From: the human T2T-CHM13v2.0 reference genome, Homo sapiens
Assembly (NCBI RefSeq): GCF_009914755.1
Contig: NC_060925.1
DNA: 64,000 bases
Strand: one strand, 5' to 3'
Of the stretch, positions 15,131-33,679 are shown piece after piece. The position numbers were made by a program, and so were the translations under genes. Numbering within the stretch: position 1 is the stretch's first letter; the number at the start of each line of letters is the position of its first letter. The notes beneath the pieces are model-generated. The model made no database searches. It saw only the letters and a program-made list of their open reading frames with translations, and was not told the DNA's origin.

Positions 15131-15918
15131 TGGGAAGGTAAGAGTGTGGTCCCTTTAAATGATATGGAAGCCGGAACGGAAGTGCAGAACAGGGGAGGTC
15201 TTGTTCCCCGGCTAGGGCTCCGCCTTCGGGGACCTAGGTGAGGACAGGCATTTCCTGCCCAAATGTTGCATTTCCCAAGACCACCCTGGCCCACCACGCC
15301 CCCATCCTGGGCCTATAAAAACCCAAGACCCTGGCGGGAAGACACAGAAGTGGTTGGGCGTCGTGAGGAACGCATCGGCGGCAGAACACTCAAGCGGCTG
15401 GTTGTTGAGAGCACGCCAGCTGAAGAGCACCCCTGCACACTGGCAGGCCATCCACAGGTGGGACGAGGCAGAATTTACTGGGGCTATTGGAGGAGAGCTG
15501 GGGCCATCTAGCGGCCCAGCTTCAGGGGACAACCATCTCCCTTCTGGCTCCCCCATTAGCGGAGAGCCTTGCACTCATTCTCCAAGCCCACATGTGACCT
15601 GATTCTTCAGGTACACTAAGGCAAGAAACCCCAGGATACAGAAATCCGTCTGTCCTTGTAATAAGGAAGGGGGTTTAATTGAGCTGGTTAATACAGGCCG
15701 CCTATAGATGGCAAACGAAGAGAGCACCCTGTAACATACACCCACTGGGACTTCAGGAGCTGTAAACATTCACCCCTAGACACTGCCGTGGGGTTGGAGC
15801 CCCACAGCCTGCCTGCCTGTATGCTCCCCTAGAGGTTTGAGGAGCAGGGCACTGAAGGAGTGAGTCACACCTCCATTGGACGTCCTGCTAGGGGGACAAG
15901 GAAACCTTTCTCATTTCA
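15131..15918 (+). mobile_element. LTR1B-like solo LTR (ERV1, HUERS-P2 group), 5'-truncated
   Basis: ggacctaggtgaggacaggcatttcc, GC box plus TATA (cacgcccccatcctgggcctataaaaa), terminal ggacaaggaaacctttctcatttca. Confidence 0.85.
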
Positions 15919-15939
15919 GTATGTTGTTTTAACATCCCA

Positions 15940-16218
15940 TTTGTTTCAAAAATGTCATTGAATTTTACAAAGTCTATTGTATCTACAATGAAGATTTTCC
16001 TATACATATTAATGAAGTAATATACATTATTTACTTTACATATTGTTATTAATAGAAGCAATAGTATTTCAATACAAACTATGAAAAGGTGTATACCTCT
16101 GAATTTATTTTTGTTTTGGTAGGTGTCAGAAACTTAGCTCAGCTGGAAGAAACTTGATGTACCAGGTATCAGAGTAGCAAGTAAAGCCACAAGCCAAAAA
16201 TGAAAGAGAATCTTTTAA
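15940..16218 (+). repeat. Copy 2 of the ~300-bp local duplication
   Basis: Aligns with 13920-14213. Confidence 0.85.
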
Positions 16219-16506
16219 GTGCTTATCGTGATGGTGTAAGTAATTGTCCAAAAGAAACGCCGATTCCTTCTGTTCCATTTTTACCTGTGGATTGTGGATT
16301 GAAATAACCATTGGACCATGAGGAGAGACTCTGAAGAGAGGTATGTGACAGAGTGGGGCCTAGGGGTGGAAACTGCTGGGTGCTGAATCAGAGCGGGGAA
16401 AATCGTCTTTGTTTTCTCCCTCCTTCACCCATATGGAGGCCTCAGCAGAGACATCTGAAGAGACTCTTGCCAGGCCTCGAAGAGACTCTAGAAATGAAGG
16501 TGCTGG

Positions 16507-17039
16507 GATATTTCATAGGCTAAGATTCACTTGATAGAAAAAACAGGGGATAAAGGAAAATTTAAATGACACCATGAAAAAATCATTAGACAAACTCAGA
16601 AAGTCGAATATTCTACAGGACAAGTCTTTTCAACAAGATAATGTCTGGGGGGAAAAAAGACACTGTGTGTTCTTTCTATTTTGAGAGACATAACAGCCAA
16701 TGCAGTGAGTGATTCTTTAGTGGATCCCATTTTGAATAGCTGTAGAAAACATTTCTGGGACTGAGTATCAGATAATATCAGCAAGTTATGTCAATTTTGT
16801 TAGATGTGATACTAATAGTGCAGTTATTTGAGAAAATGTCCTTATTTCCAACATATGAAATGTTTAGAGATAAAGTATTATTAAGTAATTTACTTTAAAA
16901 TACTTCAGAAAAAAATATAAACTGTGGCAAAAATATTAACAATGGCTAAATCTGGGTTATGGCTACATGATTCTTTTTATATTTTGTTTAATTGAAAATA
17001 TAAAAACAGAGTGGTGGTTTAAAAAAAAAAAAGAGAAAG
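16507..17039 (+). mobile_element. L1MC4-like 3' fragment with poly(A) and TSD
   Basis: gagacataacagccaatgcag, gaaaatgtccttatt, aatttactttaaaatacttcag motifs; A12 at 17021-17032; TSD agaaatgRaggtgctgg at 16490-16506 and 17040-17056. Confidence 0.7.
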
Positions 17040-17732
17040 AGAAATGGAGGTGCTGGAGATAGAAGTTTAAATATGGAAAGGGTGTGATCTGCCAGTTTGC
17101 CTGAGTCCTTGACTGCAACTCTCTAATTTAGAGACTGCAATGTGCTGACTGTGCACCAAGTCTGTTCCAGAGAGGGTGACTACCTTCCTTGAGGACTGTC
17201 AGGTAAAGCCTCTGCAATTGCCTGTGGCTGGGACTGAAAAATTATGCAGGTTTTTCACCAAGAGCCAGACTCCTCAGTAGTGAGCCAGGCCTGTTAGATT
17301 TCGATATATTTTTCTACTTAGGCAAGAATATCAAATTGCTTTTTAGTATAGTACTAACAATGAATAAATCTTTATTTACATGTCAAATACAATACCATTT
17401 TTGAATGTTTAGTGGCCTACCTGTTACTTTTAAAATAACTGAGAGAACATCAGGAATTCAATTTTATGGCTGATGCACTTGAACAAAAATAAGTTTGGGA
17501 CAAGATGTTATATTTCTTAGCATTTTGCTTTACAGTGTATCACAATTTACAAAATTATCAAATTGTAGCACTTTTTAGTCTTTTAACTTTAGAAAGGTGA
17601 GATGTGTCAATTAAAAAAAGAGGAATATCTAAACGTTGTCCAAAAGAAACTGATTGAAAATCCATTTTGATTTGGTCTTAAATTTTAAAACCATAACCCT
17701 CTCTATACAATGTTAAGTATTTCTGCCATTAG

Positions 17733-19200
17733 TTTTATTTATTTATTTTGTTAATATTATTTTAGACTCAGGGGTTACATGTGCTTGTTTGTTATATGGG
17801 AATTACATGCATAATGGAGGGGGTTGGGCTTCTAGTATCTCCATCACCTAAATATTCAACACTATAGGTACATTTTCAACTCTGGATCCTCCTCCTACCT
17901 CCCTCCTTTTGGAGTCCCCAGAGTGTATTGTCTCCATCTTTATATCTATGTGTACTCATTGTTTAGCTCCCACTTATAAGTGAGAACATGAGATATTTGA
18001 TTTTTTGATTTCTGAATTAGTTCTCTTACAATAACAACCTAAAAAGCTTCATTCATGTTGCTGTAAAGGACATTATTTCATTCTTCTTTATTGCTGGATA
18101 ATATTCTATTGTGTATATATACCGCATTTTCTTTATCCAGTCCATTACTGGTGGACACTTAGGTTGAATCCATGACTCTGACATTGTGAATAGTATTGCA
18201 ATAAATATATGATGTGCAAATGTCTTTTTTAATATAAAGATTTCTTTTCCTTTGGGTAGATATCCAGTAGTGGGATTTTGGGGTCAAACAGGAGTTCTAT
18301 TTTTAGTCATTTGAGATATGTCCATATTGTTTTTTGCAGAGGCTGAAATAATTTATATCTTTACCAACAGTGTCTAAATGTTCCCTTTTCTCTGAATCCT
18401 TTCCAACATCTGTTATTTTTTGATGTTTCAATAATAACCATTCTGACTGGTGTGAGATAGTATCTCACTGTGGTTTTAATTTGCATTTATCTGATGACTA
18501 GTGATGTTAAGCACTTTTTCATATGTTTGTTGGCCACTTGTATGTCTTCTTTTGAGAAATGTCTGCACATGTCTTTTGCTCAGTTTTTAGTGGGCTTTTT
18601 ATTGTTGTTGTTATTGAGTTGTTCAAGTAACTTGTAGATACTGGATATTAGTCCCTCGTTAGAGGCATAATTTGCGAATATTTTCTTCCATCCTGTAATT
18701 TTGTCTTTTTAGTCTGTTGATAGTTTATTTTGTTGTGTAGAAGACTTTTAGCTTGATTAAATCCCATTTGTCTATTTTTGTTTCTGTTGCATTTAATCTG
18801 GGTCGTCATCATAAATTCTTTGCCTAGGCCAGTGTCCAAAAGAGTTTCTTTTTTTTAGGATTTCTGTCGTTTCAGATCTTACATTTAAGTATTTAATTCA
18901 TCTTAATTTTGTGTATGGTGTGATATAGGGGTCCACTTTTCATTTTTCTGCATATGCCTAGCCAGTTTTCCTAGCATCATTTTTTGAATAGGTTGCCCTT
19001 TTCCCATTGTTTGTTTTTGTTGACTTTATCGCAGATCAGTTGGTTATGGGTATGTGGCTTTATTTTTGGGTTCTCTATTCTGTTCTATTTATCTATGTGT
19101 CTATTTTGTACTAGTCGTATGCTATTTTAGTTACTATAGCCATGCAGTATGGTTTCAAGTCAGACAATGTGATGTCTCCAGATTTTATCTTTCTGCTTAG
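17733..19200 (-). mobile_element. 5'-truncated L1PB4-like LINE
   Basis: ttagactcaggggttacatgtgc..ccttttggagtccccag..gctcccacttataagtgagaacatg; degenerate ORF2 C-terminus. Confidence 0.88.
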
Positions 19201-19579
19201 TAGTTGCTAGAGTATTGATTTCTTTAAATAATTTATCAATTTCTAAATAACCTCTAACTATAAGGTAGAGTTCCCACTATGGTTATTATATCCGTGGCAA
19301 AGACAATATCACAACTCTGGAGACAATTGAGTGTATATTAAAATCATAGCAAATCTATATTTCAGATATAAATGTTTGTGTAATTTACATTAATAGCTTA
19401 AAGATAACCTTGTTTTCTACTAGGCAAAAATAACATTGAAAAATACAGTCCACAATTTTTGCAATAAACATTTACCTATTTTTGAAAACTCTAAAAAAAG
19501 AAATTTTCTTTTTTTCTGCTTTTTTCATATTATCAAATAATAATTTTTTACCTGATCATGTTTGTTTAGTTTGTCCACA

Positions 19580-19695
19580 TTTACTATTCATTCAGCAAAT
19601 TATTTTTGAGTGTCCACTATGGGTAGGTAGAGTTCTAGGTGTTAGAGAATTTACAATGAAGAAGATAAGCTAGAAATATGCAGTTCCCTGACCAT
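19580..19695 (-). mobile_element. L2 3' end
   Basis: ttcattcagcaaattatttttgagtgtccactatg..ttctaggtg. Confidence 0.7.
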
Positions 19696-20619
19696 AACTG
19701 GCAGAATGTTTTCCTCTAAACTGTGAGCCTGATATTTCATATCAGTTCAAATTAGATATCTTAACAGCAGGAAGACTGAGAAATTGAGAAAAATGCTCAT
19801 TCATCAGTTGCTATTAACATTGGCAAGAGTTATCTTTTTTTATTTCTCATGACTTCCAGATATAAGTAGCAATATGACATTACTGAACACTGACAGATAC
19901 AGTATTGAAGTGATTTTTAATTTGATGAAAGTGGTGGAAAGTGATGATATGACTTACATGGCAAGCATATATTGTCCTCAGTGACCATTTTATATATTGT
20001 TTAAGTTCAGCAGGATTAATCATTTTAAAAGGTTATTGTTTTTCTTGTTTTATTATCTATTCCATTCAGCTATTTCTTAATAACCATATTATATGTCACT
20101 ATCTGTAGCAAATCATTATTAGTTCTAGTATAGCAGAAACAATATTTAATTTAAAATTATTTCCTAGAAAATAGTAAAAATCCACTTTCAATAGTAAGAA
20201 AATTCATGTCAAATAAACGAGCTGGATACTTTTAGTACCACCAATGTGTTAAAGTCAGCATTTTCAAATTTGAATTAATTGAAATTGACAAATATACATT
20301 TCATATATTTATGATGTACTACATGATGTTCTATAATATGAGCTAATGCAAAGATGCTCATATTGTGCCCACATTCCTTTTTTCAAACTTATATTTGGTT
20401 AATGCACATTATCATAAGTTATTTCAAAATATTGAGAAAAAAATCACACCAAGTGTAAAATTTTATGATTGTTCAATAAAAGTTAAAAGGTAAATTGTTA
20501 GGTGCGGAGTCAAAAGGAAATAAATAAATTTATCATCCTTAACATTAAAACTCAAGAAACAAATATTTTTGAGTAAATACAATTGCTAAATATTACACAT
20601 ATTATTTTCTATTTGTACT

Positions 20620-20790
20620 TAATTGAATTCTCATTAAAACCATGTGGGATGGGTTGTATGTCATTCTTAATTTTGAGATGAGTAAACTGCAGCTCGGAGT
20701 GGTCAAGACACTTGCCCTCTATTACACACAATAAAAGGGTTGAAGCCTCTTTTATCCAATTTCTGTTGGTACTCAGTACTATTTTATGTG
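20620..20790 (-). mobile_element. MIR
   Basis: attttgagatgagtaaactgcagctcggagtggtcaagacacttgccc. Confidence 0.75.
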
Positions 20791-21519
20791 TAAACATCTG
20801 CTCAGTACACTAGATACTCAAAATGATGGATATTCCATGCCAATGTAAACAGCTACAGTGTACATATTTCTCCTACTTTTTTTGCAGCTTTTTTCTGCTG
20901 TCAAGAGATCTCTTCTGAACTGACAAGTAATAGCAGACATTATAGTTCAGAAGAATATACTCACCATAAAAGAAAATAGTATATCTGAGTTTTTGTTGTT
21001 GATACTGGTTTGTCATATGTTTCAATTTTAGTATACATTTTTTCCTCGAGCTTAGAGCATGTATTTCCATTACATAGTTGTAACTGTATGTTATGGTTAA
21101 ATTGAACAGCATTTATTATGCAGTTCAATTGCATACAATTATTCATTATGGAATAAGATGCTAAAAGATAAGAATGTTCTTCCAGGTGTTAAGAAAATTG
21201 ATAGCAGTGGTTTGCTTGTTTTCTTTCTGGTATCTGTTTATCAATGAAAGTAGGAGCTAGATATAGAAATACATAAGTAACACATTGTCTGTCTTTGTTT
21301 TTAAGTAAATTAACATGTAGAGTGGTAGATAGACAAATAGCTAGGCAAATATAAATCAGAGTAAAGAATACAACAATAGATGGGATGCTATTGACATACA
21401 TAGGCTGGAAAACAACCTATATTTAGGAACACATAGAAACATTGACCAAATTCTTAATACGAGGTAGATATTAGAGTAGTCATTCAGAAATATGGTTTTG
21501 AAGAAAACGGAATAGCATG

Positions 21520-22560
<1,041 letters not shown>

Positions 22561-23344
22561 TAAGTCCTATGCATAAATGATTTAAAGTCCCAAATTACAG
22601 CAAATTTTAAAGCAATTGATCACCAAATGCAAACCCCTCTTAAGAGAACAACTAAGATTTACCTTAATAACACATAACTATATGGCAAGAAGATGAAGAC
22701 AATAGAATAGAAATGTCTGCAAAATTTTGCCTTTGTAGTGAAATGCCTTTTTGTTTTTTAATATCACAAAGAGACCATTACTAGACTTCAGAACCCAACT
22801 CAAAATCACAAGTCTTAAATTATATATGCTATGTTCCAGACATGAGTGAAACAAACAAAACAAATACCACAAAAGAGAAATACTTTTATGGAAAGATTTA
22901 ATTTATTTCATTAAACCCCATTGACTGTAATCTGGAATATGTCTGTATATTGAAACTATATATCTGTGTATTTAATAAAGATATTAAAAATTATTAGTCA
23001 AAAGTTGAAAAAAAATTGTCCTAATTCAGATGGATAATTATTTAAAACCAAAGTTGAGAGTTGGTTAGAGAATTTAGAAAGGAAATCACATTTTAAGTTT
23101 TGTCTCTGAATTCTCAATGTCACATCTTCATTTAATTATTGTTATTTTAATTCAAAATATGGATTCCATCAAAGGCCAAGGTATAAGATGAGCTTATTAA
23201 AAATGTTTAGTTTGAAAAGAGCAAGGGAATAATAATGAAAAATTAAAGAATACTATATTACTGATTTATGGCATATAGCAATTCAATATTGGATACTAGC
23301 TGGGGTGTATGTGTGTGCATGTGTGTTTTGATAGGTTGTGTTTT

Positions 23345-24203
23345 TATTTTTATTCATCTCAGGATATTTTAAATTGTGCCTCTTAATTTCTTTTTTGACC
23401 TATTGCTTGTTCAGAAGCATATCATTCAACTTCCACGTGTTTGTAAACTTTTCCAAATTTCTTCTGTTACTGTTTATTAGCCGTATTCTATTATAATCAA
23501 AAATAAGGCTAGGGGTGTTGGCTCATGGCTGTAATCCCAGCACTTTGGGAGGCCAAGGTGGTCAGATCACTTGAGACCAGGAGTTCAGGAACAGGCTGGT
23601 CAATATGGCAAAAATCTATCTCGACTAAAAATACAAAAATTAGCAGGTATGGTGATGTATGGCTGTAATCCCAGCTACTTAGGAGGCTGAGGCAGGAGAA
23701 TCCCTTGAACCCGGGAGGTGGGGTTTGCAGTGAGCAGAAATTGTGCCAGTGCACTCCAGCCTGGGCAACAGATACTCTGTCTCGAAAAAAAAAAAAAAGA
23801 AAAAAAAACCTGCTTGATATTTGATATTTGAGTTCACTCCTGAGACTTGTGTTAGCAGGCCGCCTAGCCTTTCTGCTAAGGCACTAGCAGACGTGATGCC
23901 TCCCAGACCATTTGGTGGATAGTTTTGATAACAGGCACACAACCAAATGGTTAGGCAGCCAGACACTTCAGGGAACGTGGCCATTTCCATGTCTGAACCT
24001 AGAAGCACAATCGCATATGTGTTTTCACTTTCAAAAAGACTCTCCTCCATGGTCTTGGGCTCCACCAGGGTTTTACAACCTCCTACCTGAATCCCAAGGA
24101 TCTCACCAAAACACAAAAATGCTTTTTTTTTTTCCCCATGGATGAGTGCAGAATTGTTGTTCTTAGAGGATATAAATAGGTGACTGAGTATTCTGCTATC
24201 TTA
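23345..24203 (-). mobile_element. Old L1M: ORF2 fragment joined to a 5'UTR start, split by an Alu
   Basis: Antisense ORF2 at 23345-23506; antisense 5'UTR ttttacaacctcctacctgaatcccaagg..tattctgctatctt. Confidence 0.65.
23507..23808 (+). mobile_element. Alu (AluSz/Sx-like)
   Basis: Full dimer with A-tail. Confidence 0.95.
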
Positions 24204-24229
24204 CCCTCTAATAACTTTGTAATAACTTT

Positions 24230-25020
24230 TTAACATTCTTTTCAGTTATTCCCATTATTTCCATTTCTATTGTCTGAGTTCTCTCCTGCTGTGTGTCATG
24301 TTTTTTTCCTTCCTCACATCTCTAATATTTTCATTTCATGCCTGATATTGGGAATTTTGTGTTACTGAATGTTAGATTTTTTGAATTCTTTTAAGAAAAG
24401 TTGCAATTTTATTGTTAGGCAGTTATTTGAACATAACTGTTCACATTTTGAGAGGTGTCTTTTTTTTTCATTTTGGGTAGATCAAAGAAGCATTGCTTTT
24501 GTGGCTAGTTTAGCATTGTTACTATGATGTGACTCTTCTGATATTTTTATTAAATATCCCGTGTATTCAACCATGTCTATGCACTTTGGCTTTGACATCT
24601 CCAGCAATTTCTGTTCATTTTTGAATTATGAGAATTTTTCAGCTCCTAGGCAATTGTTGTTTACCTGGAAGTTAATTCATGCCTTACATTTCAGAATTAC
24701 TTGCTACATATTCACAGATTATTAATCAGCCAAAGACTGTAGTGGACACCAGCATAGATTTTTGGATAGTTCTTCTGAACTGTTCCTTTTTGATGGTACT
24801 CTACCCCACACACTTTAGCCTTTTAGGCTCCATGGTGGCCTAAACTTTGTCTTTACTTCAACAAAACAGCCAGGCTCTCTTTATCTTCCCATCCCTGGAT
24901 GTCCAGAACAATGATTTCTTTCTCCCAATAATCATAATGGTGTGCTTATTTTTGTAATGTCTGAAAATTTTTGTTTTGTATTTTAGTGTCCAAATTTCTG
25001 GTTATTTAAAGTGAGAGAAT
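24230..25020 (-). mobile_element. Very old L1ME/MD 5'-region fragment
   Basis: T-rich antisense ORF1/5'UTR-like sequence resembling 55310-56080. Confidence 0.5.
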
Positions 25021-26629
25021 AAGTAAATACTCTTATAAAACACTACAGAAAAAAAATGGAGAAATAATTTAAAATAATTTAAATTATTTTGTCTTACCAA
25101 TATATGATAAAGTAAGTCCAAGTAGATATGTGAGTGGGTGATTATAATTAATTAATTGTATTTGTAATTGTAATTAGTTACTTCTGAATTCCAAGTCAAT
25201 AGAAATTTGCAGTACCTATATTTTTGTAATAAAGTGCACGAATATTTCTCCTCAATCTGTTGGTAACCAATTATGATAAACAGATGCATATGTTTTTATA
25301 TTGCCTGTTTGGACACCACATGTGGTTGTTCACTCTTCATCTGCCTGTCAGTATTCTCCACACATCTTTTATCACCCTGGTCTCCTCCTTCAACAGTGCA
25401 TGGAATCATACATGGAGTCACTGAAAATGTACTATAGGTGGGAAAAATAAAAGAGTGGAGATGCCTCTGCTTAGCTCAGAAATTTATTATTCTCTCAGTT
25501 ATTCCGTATATTTTATATAGCGTTAACTGAGAAAATGTTGATCTCAGTAAATGACAAGTAAAAAGTAAAATATATTTTGTAATTTTGACTATACAGTATA
25601 TAAAATTATTTAACTTTTGAAATGTTTAGCTCTACTAATCAGATGGTATTATTTGATATCATTAATAGGAATAATATAACAAAGTTCATAGGTTTTTTCT
25701 ATAATATGCTATTACTTATTTATAAAGAAATTTACACACATTTTCAAGAAAGATATGGCATGAACTTTCATGGATATAGGCAAGAAACAGGTGGTCATAA
25801 TTCAATATTAGAAAAGGCTAAACTCTTAAACAATTAATGTGTGCCCTAACTTATAGATTACATTTTTCAGAAATCAAAATAGAAGGCATGCTAAATAATA
25901 TTTTTAACTACTGACAATAGATTTAAACACAATGTATATTTATGTCTATTTTCCTTTCAATATTTTCCTTGAAAAGCTCGGGAGAGAGCAAATACAAATT
26001 TTTTACAACTTTTATGGAAATCACAGAAATGTCTATCTTCATGAAAGTCTCCTGATATTTGTAGTTTAATATTTATTGGGCATGTTAGGTACATATTCAA
26101 TTATTCATTTTAAATAGTAGTTTATTTTGATTTTATCCCAAATATTTAAAGCTAATTTGCAAAAATTTAATGTATCAATCATTAATAATACATGATAGTT
26201 TTATGTTATCTTATTTTTCCTTTTAATCAACTTTTTTCAATAATTTTTACCAGCATTTATTCTATTTACTAAGTTGACAAAAATTATAAGACTTTTAAAA
26301 ATCTCATAATATACTTTCAAAAACACAGATGTAAAAAATAATAAATTGATATTCTTACCCTGAAGTAACATTCTTTGTAAAAGTGCAATTTTCTTTGTTG
26401 TTTCTTTAAGGTTTTGGAATGTAAGATATAATAATGCATGAATATCAGTTTGGAAGTATTAGTGGCTCCTGGCAATCTTGATAATGAATTATGTTTCATT
26501 GTTCTTCTCCATAATCCAGAGAAAACCTGAACACTGAAGCAAAAGAATGGAACCCAATACCTGTTCACACAGATAGGATCTCTTTTTCCTCTTCTCTGTA
26601 ACAGTAAATTCTCATGTAAAAACCTACTA

Positions 26630-27026
<397 letters not shown>

Positions 27027-27441
27027 CTATCTGCACTTCATATGAACTGAGGGTAAGCTATATTTTCCTCTGAGGATACTGAAGTTTGTATATTAATATC
27101 TTTGCATAAACATTACCAAATTAATGAAACAGTTTTATAAATTAGCAAGCATTTAATTAATAGAGCAAAAATATCTTAGTAAATTATACAGTGACAATCC
27201 CATAAAACATTGAAGAGGGATAGTGATTGTACAGTAAATGCGATTTTACTTTTTGTTTTTACTCAATATGAATGAAATTTTACTGTATTATACACTCATG
27301 GTTTCATTTCATCAATATCCTGCAAGTAGAGAAGTAAAAAATCTAGTTTACAGTTGGTTTGTACTGTTTTTTTTTTCTTGCATAAATGTCCTTTCTGTTT
27401 TGTTTTCAAAATCAGCATGTGAGACTTGTAATGAGAAGTAA

Positions 27442-27752
<311 letters not shown>

Positions 27753-27855
27753 ATGAGCAGTAAGAACTTCTATATTATTATATTGAGGAATATGTTTTCA
27801 GTTGTGATATTTTTATAGTTTGCAATTAAGGTTTTGTGTATTTAATTGTTACTAA

Positions 27856-32033
<4,178 letters not shown>

Positions 32034-32179
32034 CAATAGATCTATAAGACATCTTTGAAACACTTACTGGATCTACTTAATCTAAAGGAACCACATTAGA
32101 GAAACTTGACCAAAAGAAAATGTATTAGTAAAAATTAATACAAATAACATATGCTAATTTTAAATAAAAGTATATGTTA

Positions 32180-32498
32180 GGCTAAGCATGGTGGTTCATG
32201 CCTGTAATCCTAGCACTTTGGGAGGCTAAGGAGAAGGCAATGCTTGAGCTCAGAATTTGGAGACCAGCCTGGGCAACATAGTAAAACCCTGTCTCTACAA
32301 AATAAAAGATAAAAATAAATTAGCCAGGTGTGGTAGAACATGCTTGTAGTCCCAGCTATTGAGAAGCTGACACGGAAGGATCGCTTGAGCCTGGGAGGTT
32401 GAGACTGCAGTGAGGTGTGCTTACATCACTGTATTCCAGCCTGCATGAAAGAATGAGACCCTGGCTCAAAAGGCAAAAAAAAAAAAAAAAAAAAAAAA
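32180..32498 (+). mobile_element. AluJ
   Basis: ggatcgcttgagcctgggaggttgagactgcagtgag is J-type; TSD aaaagtatatgtt / aaaagtgtatatt. Confidence 0.93.
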
Positions 32499-33015
32499 GT
32501 GTATATTTCCTATCTGAACCTGTATAAGACTTAATTTTCCAAATGAAACATAATTTGCTGTCCTCCAAAATGAACAGAAAATATCTCTGATGTTTTAATA
32601 TAAACTTTAGAAATTTATTTGGATATTTTTTCACTTTTGTTGATTCCCAGTATTCAAATTCCTAATGTTATGTGCAGGATATTTAGGTCATACATGGTTT
32701 TATTAACAAAAACTCAGTAGTGTGAATGGCTAAAACAAAATATTTCTATACATGTGGTGTTATTTTATAACTGACAATTACATAGTGCTGGATTTTTATT
32801 TGTAAATATTTACAAATAGAAGTTTTTCATATTAATTATAGAAAAGGAATTTAAGGGAAAAAATAGAACCAGGAAATCTATTATAATTTATTGTTCCATG
32901 TAAACATATATGCTATGAATATTTGTGAAGATTATTATAAGATTTAGAGTGATTTACTAATAGTGATCCTAAAGCATGTATGTTTTTCATCCAAATTTAA
33001 AAATCTCAATATAAC

Positions 33016-33566
33016 TGTGATGGTTAATATTGAGTGTCAACTTGATTGGATTGAAAGATGCAAAGTACTGTTCCTAGGTGTGTCCATGAGGGTGTTGCCA
33101 AAGGAGATTAACATTTGAGTCAGTGGACTGGGAGAGGCAGACCCACCCTCAATCCAGGTGGGTAGCATCTAATCAGCTGCCAGCACAGCTAGGATAAAAG
33201 CAGGCAGAGGAACCTAGGAGGCCTAGACTGTCTAAGTCATCTGATCTCCACCTTTTTCATGTGCTGGATGCTCCCTGCTCTTGAACATTAAACTCCAAGT
33301 TCTTTGGCTTTTGGACTCTTGGACTTACACCAGTGATTTTCCAGGGGCTCTCAGGCCTTCAGGCACAGACTGAGGCTGCACTATTGGCTTCCCTACTTTT
33401 GAGGTTTTGGGGCTTAGACTGGTTTCCTGGCACCTCAGCTTGCAGAGTCCCCCTGTTGTGGGATTTTAACTTGTGATTGTGTGAGTCAATTCTCCTAATA
33501 AACTCCCCTTCATATATTCATCTATCATATTAGTTCTGTCCCTTTAGAGAACCCTGACTAATAACA
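33016..33566 (+). mobile_element. MLT2A (MLT2A2-length) 5' LTR of HERV-L
   Basis: tgtgatggttaatattgagtgtcaacttgattggattg..aataaactcccc..gaaccctgactaataaca, followed by the PBS region gattttggtaccagg. Confidence 0.93.
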
Positions 33567-33679
33567 GATTTTGGTACCAGGAGTGGTTCCAGAGGAACAG
33601 TTTAAGGATGGATTCCTTTAGTTGGTTTTGAGATTTCTGGAGTTGGCTGCTTAATATCATTAGACCCCAAAATGCTAAG

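Noticed and set aside
16290-17295. LTR-like sequence flanking the L1MC insert
   Set aside because: Probably an ancient LTR, but I cannot assign a family or boundaries
23679-24145. 145-aa ORF
   Set aside because: Spans an old L1 5'UTR and an antisense Alu tail (poly-Phe)
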